A stretch of 64,000 nt of DNA from a virus. The stretch lies in the IMG/VR virus record IMGVR_UViG_3300021963_004264, positions 9,955 through 73,954 of that record. One strand, given 5' to 3'. Shown here piece by piece: positions 58,201 to 64,000 of this stretch. The notes beneath the pieces are model-generated. The model was not told the origin of the DNA. It saw only the letters and a list, made by a program, of their open reading frames with translations, and did no database searches. The position numbers and the translations under genes are program-made. Position 1 is the first letter of the stretch; every line of letters begins with the position of its first letter.

Positions 58201-61200
58201 TATCGGTACCGTCTGCGTTTTTCAATACTTTAGCATCAACACCCGATTGATTACATTTAATCTGATTTGCAATATCGCGCGGTGTTGTTCCTGGAACAAA
58301 ATGTACCAATGCCTGATTAAAAAATAATTGTGTACCAGCTGGAACACTAGCTAAATCATTTGCACTAATTTTAACCTGTGGTGTTGGTCTAAAAATATTA
58401 GCAATAGCAGTTGGGCCAGCTGGAACAAAACTACCATCATCGCCGTAAGTTAACGGAGTAATATTAATTGTAGGCACTTTAGTATAGGTAATGTTACCGG
58501 TTTCTACTTGCGAATCTTGTACATCAACAGTTCCAGTAGGGCCTAACTCAACAACATTACGTTTAGTTTCGACGTCAAATGTTGCTGGTATCTCATTTAG
58601 AGTCTTAATTGTTACTGTGTTGTTATCATCTACAGTGTTAGAATCTGTGGTGATATTATTAACAGGTACACCGTTTAACATCATTGATGTGCCAATTTTC
58701 TTAGGCGCATAGTTAACATTACGCAATGTAGTGTTTAAATCGCCTAGTGTCTTAGCATTTGGTCTATACCAGGGTTGATTTACTATCTCATAACTCTTTA
58801 ATGGTGTAGCTGTTCTAGATACAACAGTTAATTGTTTAGCCAACGGAATTGTAAATCCACCAGTTACACGTTGTTGTGTAGCATTTACATAACGGCCTTC
58901 TTCAAGTGTTTGCGTATATCCGTATTTCTGTGGATCAACAATTCGAGATCTGTTAGGCTTCTTAAAGCTACTTGGCATGAAGTTGTACCCAGTTAATCCT
59001 GGTTGACTATATCCTGCAAAGTTTACTTCAAAGTTGCTATATTCGGCAAATCGGCCGCCTCCGCCAGAGTATAGTCTTGCTGGATCTGATGCACCATAAG
59101 TTGTACTTGATGCTCCAGCAGTGTCAGATCCTGCGCCTGCGCCTGATGTAGTAGAACTAAATGTAGGTGTATCAGGACATAGTTTTTCCATTACTGCCTT
59201 CATTACAGGATCTAAGTTTTTCATTTCTCCTGCACGGAATTTACCGCAATCATCTTCTGGGCAACTACGACTTGAGAATAGTAGTGGACCGCTATAGCCA
59301 GGACCTTTAATACTAATATTAAAGACACCATCTTTAGCACCATTACCGTAAATAACTCGAACAAAGTAATAGCCGCCACCTTTTAGGTACACACTACCAG
59401 TACGTTTTTGTGAAGCGTGCAATCCGCCATTGTTTACTACAGCATTTTGCCAGTTGTAATTTTTGTCACCTAGTTCAGGATGATTACCATCAGCTTTGTA
59501 TTTTTCTTCGCCACTTAAATCGTCTTTATCTGATATCCAAACATATGATGCATCATCCGATGAAGTCTCAACACTATAGGTGCCTGATTTAGGAGAATAG
59601 AAATAACCTTTAACTTCAAATGTAGTTGATTCTCCTGGTTGTCCTCCGCCAAATGTTCTTAGTGATTGTTTACCAGCTTCTTTAGCGCCTGAAGGTACGC
59701 TAGCACCCCTATCAACACCGTTGTTAATCATTTCCTGTGTTGGTGCGCTGTAAGGATAATAAATGTTGTCTTCGTTACTGCCTAGAGTACCTTTTTTCCA
59801 TGAACCAAAATAGCCTGTGCCGTTAAGTTTCTTTTTCTTACCAAACAGTCCGCCGAGTAATCCGCCAAGTATGACAGCGGCACCTGCAACAGCCCAACCA
59901 ACTGGGCCTGATGCGGCAACAATACCAAAGCCTGCACCAAGACTAGCACCGAATCCAGCGGCCGCATAAGCTGCAACGCCGATTGCTCCACCGGCGGCAC
60001 CAATGACTGTACCTAAATTGTTACCGGTATTTTTATTTCCTGAATATGTATAAGCAGTTACAATGCCACCTTCTTTGTAAGCTCTTGAGCCTGCTTCAGC
60101 ACAACCATCTGTTACAACCTGGTCATATTTTACATCAATTTCGTTAGGAGCATCAACTGAATACTTGACAAATAGTGCATATTTGCCTGTTTTATTTGCA
60201 GATCCTTTTGATACAGTGATTCTAACAAATTGACCCAGTGAACAGTCAACAGTTCTGCTTAAGAATCCAAACCCGCTGACGCCAACAACTTTGTTAGTTG
60301 TCTTGTTTCTAGCGGTTTCAGCAATAGTTCTACCTGGTGTGGTATTAAATTTATTTAAGGGATTATCAAGTACTCGTTGAGTCAGTACACCTAACGCATT
60401 TTCAGCAGGCTTGTAGATTATTGTGCTTAAGTCTGGGATAACATCAAAACCATAACGACCAATTTGACTGCCGTTTGTTTCTACTCTGTTTGAACCATCA
60501 GTTTGAGTGTCTATGATATAACGACTTACCCCAGAACTGAAATCTTCTGTAGCAGATTGTTCAATGGTAATACCGTTTACTGATTTAGTACCTGCACCGT
60601 CATCATAAGAGAAATCAAATATTACTAATAACGATTTTTTACCTTGAATCTTAATAACGTGCGTTTCGTCAACGTTAACGTCATTAGTTTTTTCTGTTAA
60701 AAGCCCTGTTCTTTCTACAGTAGGTCTTACAGTACATGGTCCGCTAATTTGTGTTTTAGGAGGAACAGGATTTGGTGATAGTATATCACACGCACTTGGC
60801 AAACCTTCAAGTACACTACCAGTTAGTACTGGAGCAGGATTGTCTTTGTTCTTTTCATCAACAATAGTTACAGCTCTATACGGTTCAGGTGTTCCGCGGC
60901 CAATCCCAGAACCTGCGCCTAAACCTATCTGACTAATATTTCTTGCTACGGCCGCTGGTATAGATACTCCTGTACGTACTTCATCTACTCTAGGTAGTTC
61001 ATCTTCATCACCGGTTGATCCGCCGATATATACTGTATCTGGTGAAAATACACCGTAGCTGTCTGGAGAAGCAGTTTGTCCTGCTAGGTCTCCGGGAAGG
61101 ACTACACTATCGCTAACAATATTTTTCCAGCGTTCGCCACCCCAACCGGTATCAGCGATTGGTCTACGCATTACTGCATCAGCCGGAAGCTCTGTTAAAC

Positions 61201-64000
61201 GAATATATTTAACACGAGTTATAGTACCTTGGTAATCTTTGTATACAGGTGTTGGGTTACCATCATTGTCTTTATTATTATAATCAAAGCCAATCATCTG
61301 ATTCTTATATGTATGTGGCTCTGTCCAGAAACATGCTACAAAAATTTCATCTGCACGTAGTTTTGTATTTTGTGCATCAGATGGATTGTCTGTATCTTCA
61401 TCAAATAGTGTAAATCCATCAACAGAGTTCATTAATGGGAACACCTTAAACTGCTTACTATACTTAAATCTAGGTTGTTTCTTATACCATCCGTCAGCAT
61501 TAAATCCAGGATATGGATTAATTATATCGCTAGCTGGATCGTACGTTGAACCAGCATCTTTGGTTAATGCTGTTAAATCATCACTCCAGAAATTTGGTAC
61601 GTGGTTATCGTTTAGCGCATAATATCCTCTACCAAAGCCCCAGCCAACGCTTGAACCGCCAGAGCCAGCTAAATTGCCTGGACCTTCTGGTTGTGGTTCC
61701 CACTTACCTGATGTTAGACCTGGTTGCCACATTAAGAAACTGTTGTGTCCTGGTGTGGTAACAACAACATTAGTTTCTTTATCAATTTGCAAGCTACCAA
61801 TTAATAAATCTTTTGGTAAAAATTCTAAGTTAGCTAATGCACTTGTTCCGTTGCCACCGTTAACAGCAAATGGTTCAGGTATAATCTGTTTACCAACAAA
61901 GAATGCAGGTTCTACTGGTGGTATTTCAATATATCTGTTACTATTAGCATTTGCTGATGCTTTGTTTACAGGATTAGGTCCTGCATCGCTGAACGCAGTA
62001 TCAGTTACATAGTAAGTATCTTCTAATATCTTGCTTCCGCTAAATGTATTATATGCACTAACTGTTGCAAAATAATCGTAAGGGTATCCAGTATTTGTAG
62101 GTGCAATATCTACTAAGATATAGTATACAGTTCCTGCACTATTTGCAATAGCTTCGTAAACTTCAAACTGCCAAATTTCGCTAGTCTTTAATCTCCAACG
62201 CTTGTATACAACTGAATTGTATGTTACTGTTGCAGACATATCGTAAGTTTTCCACTTAGCACCCTTTGTAGTTGTAACAGAAGGATCGCTGTCAGCTGAA
62301 CCTGGAATTAATGTTAATACTTTACCACCGTCAACATGATCTTTTGTTAGTGCAGGCTTTGGTAATTCTGCGGGTGTAAAATCATCGCCCTCAGAAGCAG
62401 CCGCATTAACACTATCTTCAGATCCATCGCTGACTTCTGAATTGTTTAGTATTTCAAACTCAATACCTGTAGCAGTTGATCTTAGAATTGACTCGTAAAC
62501 AGGAATGTATCTTCTTAATTTTATATCCCAATAGAAAGAAACACCAGTTTGATCCTGATACTTCATGCCTTTTAATGGTCCGATTAATGATGGACCTGTA
62601 TCAAATTTGGGGTCTTTGTTATGTTCGATTGAGTCTGAAATTCTCATATCGCCCACAACTTGAGCACCGCTCGAATTGCCTAACACGTTTGTAAGTGATT
62701 CAGCATCTCTTACATAAGGACCATAGTTATGAATCTTACTAGGTTTCGCTGAGATATCTGTATTTGGAATATTTACAGGTGTTGTAAAATCTTCAAGCAT
62801 GTTGAAAGAAATATTTAATTTACCTGTACTGTCTGTTGAAATAGCACGTCGTCTTAAATCAATAGCACGTTTAATTCCAGAAACCATACCTTCTGGGTTA
62901 TTGTAACTGTTAATGTTAATAACAGAATTATTTAATGTTACTTTAGTATGATCAACTGTTGTTACAACAGGATATCTAAAGTCAGTAACAATAGGCTCAC
63001 GTATAATTACAAAGCCAGATGAAACATTTGCGTTGCTGTGAAGAATTCTATTCTTAAATGTTACTGTTGTGTTTGAAAGATTTTCTTCAATGTAGTAATC
63101 GCCAGCAATCACAGGCTGTGTGTTTGATGCATACAGTACTGTTACTGATTGTAATAATGGTCTACTTGAAATTGTAATTACATTTGAAGAAATATTAGCA
63201 AATCCGCTGGCTACATCAAAATATACACTAGCAGTATCATTGATTGTAAATTCGTCGCGAACATCGATAGTATCACTTCCCACAGAAGTCATACGATAAA
63301 TTTTATTGTATGCTTTTGGAGATGCAAAGTGAACAGCTACACGCTTGTTGTAATCTATAGATTCTTGTGGTATACCATGTGGATCAGTAGTTTTAATTTG
63401 TAAGCCGCGAGTAATAATTGTACCAGTTACATTTGTATCATATGTATAAGGTGCGGAAACAATAATGGCATTAGATTCAGGTACAGAATTAACAATATAT
63501 GCGCCTGTCCATGCGTTAGCATACACCTTAACTACATCACCAGATGATAAACTGTGATTTGAACTTGCTACAAGTTTAGTTAGGTTCATGTGACGAACGT
63601 CAACGTTGTATTCTTTCTTTGCAGTAATACTTGTTGTGCTAACAGGTGAAGTATAGTTTCTCGATAACAACCAAGTATTTCCGCTTCCAGAAACAATAAC
63701 TGTAGGTTCAGTTATACCTGTTCCAGATAAACGCATATTAGTTTCAATTGCACCAGTTACTGCACCGCTAACAGTTAATGTTGTACTAGTAATAGATCCA
63801 TTAAATGTAGCGGTTTTATTTGCTACACCCGGTAACGTAATCGTAAATGAATTTGTAGTAGCATTTGAAACTATGTAATGATTAGATGGTCCGCCGTAAT
63901 CAACAAAAGTTGATGTAATGTAGCGTACATTTCCTAAACTTGATACTACGTTAGCATTAGCAAAGTAACTGCTTTCGATTACAAAAGTATTTGCACTAAC
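52202..64000 (-). CDS. Giant virion protein (>3900 aa; baseplate/tail-associated) with PA14 domain; 5' end outside the window
   Basis: Frame stays open from 63736 to 64000 (VSANTFVIESSY...). Motifs DLWDPFKG, VGKVWWDTS, YYYWV, YMNEVKPF, GGSGYQIGD repeats and PA14 (SSDDAS). Confidence 0.8.
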   Translation of the reverse strand, partial: VSANTFVIESSYFANANVVSSLGNVRYITSTFVDYGGPSNHYIVSNATTNSFTITLPGVANKTATFNGSITSTTLTVSGAVTGAIETNMRLSGTGITEPTVIVSGSGNTWLLSRNYTSPVSTTSITAKKEYNVDVRHMNLTKLVASSNHSLSSGDVVKVYANAWTGAYIVNSVPESNAIIVSAPYTYDTNVTGTIITRGLQIKTTDPHGIPQESIDYNKRVAVHFASPKAYNKIYRMTSVGSDTIDVRDEFTINDTASVYFDVASGFANISSNVITISSRPLLQSVTVLYASNTQPVIAGDYYIEENLSNTTVTFKNRILHSNANVSSGFVIIREPIVTDFRYPVVTTVDHTKVTLNNSVININSYNNPEGMVSGIKRAIDLRRRAISTDSTGKLNISFNMLEDFTTPVNIPNTDISAKPSKIHNYGPYVRDAESLTNVLGNSSGAQVVGDMRISDSIEHNKDPKFDTGPSLIGPLKGMKYQDQTGVSFYWDIKLRRYIPVYESILRSTATGIEFEILNNSEVSDGSEDSVNAAASEGDDFTPAELPKPALTKDHVDGGKVLTLIPGSADSDPSVTTTKGAKWKTYDMSATVTYNSVVYKRWRLKTSEIWQFEVYEAIANSAGTVYYILVDIAPTNTGYPYDYFATVSAYNTFSGSKILEDTYYVTDTAFSDAGPNPVNKASANANSNRYIEIPPVEPAFFVGKQIIPEPFAVNGGNGTSALANLEFLPKDLLIGSLQIDKETNVVVTTPGHNSFLMWQPGLTSGKWEPQPEGPGNLAGSGGSSVGWGFGRGYYALNDNHVPNFWSDDLTALTKDAGSTYDPASDIINPYPGFNADGWYKKQPRFKYSKQFKVFPLMNSVDGFTLFDEDTDNPSDAQNTKLRADEIFVACFWTEPHTYKNQMIGFDYNNKDNDGNPTPVYKDYQGTITRVKYIRLTELPADAVMRRPIADTGWGGERWKNIVSDSVVLPGDLAGQTASPDSYGVFSPDTVYIGGSTGDEDELPRVDEVRTGVSIPAAVARNISQIGLGAGSGIGRGTPEPYRAVTIVDEKNKDNPAPVLTGSVLEGLPSACDILSPNPVPPKTQISGPCTVRPTVERTGLLTEKTNDVNVDETHVIKIQGKKSLLVIFDFSYDDGAGTKSVNGITIEQSATEDFSSGVSRYIIDTQTDGSNRVETNGSQIGRYGFDVIPDLSTIIYKPAENALGVLTQRVLDNPLNKFNTTPGRTIAETARNKTTNKVVGVSGFGFLSRTVDCSLGQFVRITVSKGSANKTGKYALFVKYSVDAPNEIDVKYDQVVTDGCAEAGSRAYKEGGIVTAYTYSGNKNTGNNLGTVIGAAGGAIGVAAYAAAGFGASLGAGFGIVAASGPVGWAVAGAAVILGGLLGGLFGKKKKLNGTGYFGSWKKGTLGSNEDNIYYPYSAPTQEMINNGVDRGASVPSGAKEAGKQSLRTFGGGQPGESTTFEVKGYFYSPKSGTYSVETSSDDASYVWISDKDDLSGEEKYKADGNHPELGDKNYNWQNAVVNNGGLHASQKRTGSVYLKGGGYYFVRVIYGNGAKDGVFNISIKGPGYSGPLLFSSRSCPEDDCGKFRAGEMKNLDPVMKAVMEKLCPDTPTFSSTTSGAGAGSDTAGASSTTYGASDPARLYSGGGGRFAEYSNFEVNFAGYSQPGLTGYNFMPSSFKKPNRSRIVDPQKYGYTQTLEEGRYVNATQQRVTGGFTIPLAKQLTVVSRTATPLKSYEIVNQPWYRPNAKTLGDLNTTLRNVNYAPKKIGTSMMLNGVPVNNITTDSNTVDDNNTVTIKTLNEIPATFDVETKRNVVELGPTGTVDVQDSQVETGNITYTKVPTINITPLTYGDDGSFVPAGPTAIANIFRPTPQVKISANDLASVPAGTQLFFNQALVHFVPGTTPRDIANQIKCNQSGVDAKVLKNADGTDSLLIRSCSDNSFAVKNGCGGGTLKRVGDFHIVRGFEQTTTTTNTESCSSNATVLSATTGYADGNIGQTPTASYTLYDCSGNSTIFVPDDEITPFIGAVLPSKTVTTTNSSTYMSGGSGYQIGDRLRLLGGTPTNNTRGPLGSICVNFAGVGYNNAANLRISFGNDNSPGVGASAEVTSLDEFTGAITGIRMLNPGVGYDVKNPPTVTITDISPRNLYTTVDATNLPGLTYTYNTILEVQNFNNATSNIVISDSTFYRVVANTITLGAVTTISDANISPVAFIDTGDTGTFRLQVANASAISGKVVPGGVITLLVNSDGNANANVIESYMDNVAFTVDTVSGANIFVKDSYFTSNVANIINSHTTFEISLREPIESAIAVGALKRIPDQRMAVQPAEVTAKVGVVDRNSALADPTDNDANPYAYIKGYKSLAGPLRVAKFIVTGVDGSGAITSLRILDRGLYKVFPADLTQGIPLEYDYDYIGSPGWASSNNLGVVDPSTQDNTPYGVNHPEYSQAPFVNGKHPSFSNYTEWKYDPTKTANDPNAWVVYTGSPGAYDPQTSVEIGGQRLAKQYDIVFDPLDPEFGNYVTPLRVSGGTGARVFLTADEVPDCSEKGRAKEDLGLPDQIADINAPEVLADALNDALRGAGYLPEDISVSLQPAGPGVGKLVISTNYPSVNIDTDTPGFPEKLGIELGDYNAGMLCIEAEFVQPDLSDSQLKTEYENLYKSGPFGLLSQEDIAKYTSTAALSAQAAPPTILSLLCVDSVKSDGPIIPDPDKYRRLNPNLENSGFNGDGSITFVKELYKYDIRNIFGDVVSLNGSDQQNVNVYAFASQRWNNVLEYNDNKLYLKPDLLESETTELANAWVDSYFNLDPANISMPDFVLGGWAYLENGIPQRWQTPLVDTNYVKSALIYDPDTGNKTVQFDLWDPFKGVLPGFVSNEIHYISENDPVNYNNARTNFGLNNVGKVWWDTSTVKYMWYEQGSNRERWINWGRTFPGSAITVCEWVESKALPQNWNGNGTPRWSDRYVSERRIDPDSGKFVTYYYYWVQNRTVVDDRIKRSLGREMDTETIARYIANPVGYGLTMASFISDESFVLHNISTVLKDENVVQININRNSNSDGIKHTAWKLVRENDNNSIIPEHISDKLIDSLCGENAIGQVVPDPTLSEVEKYGIGFRPRQTLFRDLGSARRALRSVVNELLIDLKLETQYSTWDADLPTTLTYLERVNWYEVERVDNSTNTKIRYDSSYKPIFNVGSVGELFTLKGLPDGTVIQVKSSTSDRPQLWMYIASSDDFKLISIKRETLQIKESLETSSSNATLANELRILLNILRSPIFNDIGLWNKVFFEMLKHAYAEQTQLSWAFKTSYLYIEKDEEDLIPTNGFKPDNFARIIEYMNEVKPFTAKIREYRDGKRAPIEVVGPTMVSDFDKPPYIDRGLGVVRVLDDFSENDANIMFFDNAYKNYFSITNKGDNVFRHNNTTLVFDRTNYELTQFGHNRSNTTVNVSIARNIANINQMNEANITASSQMRAIDRIFKFDPIVRASFVAEVNSHFNNSSAGTNTSIITNASVLHDIINAGNLSTTLTLVKEKVGGGWRGELLDANLFTNAVAGLDSTVDFLSSFGWDTDPWDMYALDRTVEVVNYEGIFSELAQGNITLRRNNDTYEGFDGATFKKILYGEERPEEMVFLDPLESLIIDVYTSPYAGGNTSTTPVSPDAIAVKYRMHQNLFGDTEYVRITTNKSTTLSANVYSYSTEITVVDGSVFQTPRPGDPGIIWVGTERILYDRLDGNVISQLTRGSAGTSIQDHLIIDIYGNPVTVDVIEGSEEETFNRLDTNRAIWLEVGSQFYTYQSYAGSNVAYVAPNQLSIVTTANAIALLNAGGVVSMSANGTMLTANGTHYSTSYTSNVTFFYITDIDNANLTITVEDDLFLQDGLWDYYGFDSEEYDDDISEFINGNTTITLEIPTLNTGSNSALSLADVANADYANVESLMKFIHGI

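Noticed and set aside
2672-62694. Many short ORFs antisense to or nested in long genes (e.g. 2672..2950, 4045..4449, 14372..14686, 20751..21341, 39309..39689, 61674..62012)
   Set aside because: Shadow frames of well-supported genes; no RBS or recognisable motifs seen
1-64000. Stop-codon reassignment, tRNA or rRNA genes
   Set aside because: The standard code gives near-complete coding density with intact long ORFs; intergenic gaps are short and show no cloverleaf or rRNA features

Overview
A 64-kb slice of a large T4-like/jumbo tailed-phage genome. Evidence: T4-type RNase H, MoxR-vWA pair, tail/baseplate genes, sigma70 early promoters and TAAATA late-type promoters; IHF-consensus boxes and lipoboxes suggest a proteobacterial host. 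The + strand block (1-20023) holds a 7-deazaguanine/sugar module (glycosyltransferase, galE, phosphoribosyltransferase, folE, queE), RNase H, an HNH nuclease, many small hypothetical genes, an early module (deaminase, MoxR, vWA-peptidase) and an FG-GAP lipoprotein. The - strand block (20026-64000) runs from a >3900-aa virion protein and tail-fibre genes directly into a ~28-kb biosynthetic-looking island. That island has eight N-terminal-Twitch radical SAM paralogues, a carbamoyltransferase, a methyltransferase, a UDP-sugar dehydrogenase, a degenerate NeuB, an aldolase, an SDR, a 2OG oxygenase, SGNH-like proteins and about six glycosyltransferase-like genes, one built from 10 tandem GT-A-like repeats. 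It is the best candidate for an undescribed system (inferred: virion/surface glycan assembly and radical tailoring). The non-coding DNA is also structured: 3'-UTR hairpins displaying anti-Shine-Dalgarno loops complementary to phage RBSs, late-promoter hairpins that occlude start codons, TAAATA-N5-ATG leaderless starts, and a compact pseudoknot-like folE leader. No tRNA, rRNA or CRISPR array was seen. All family assignments come from motif recognition by eye; no searches were run.
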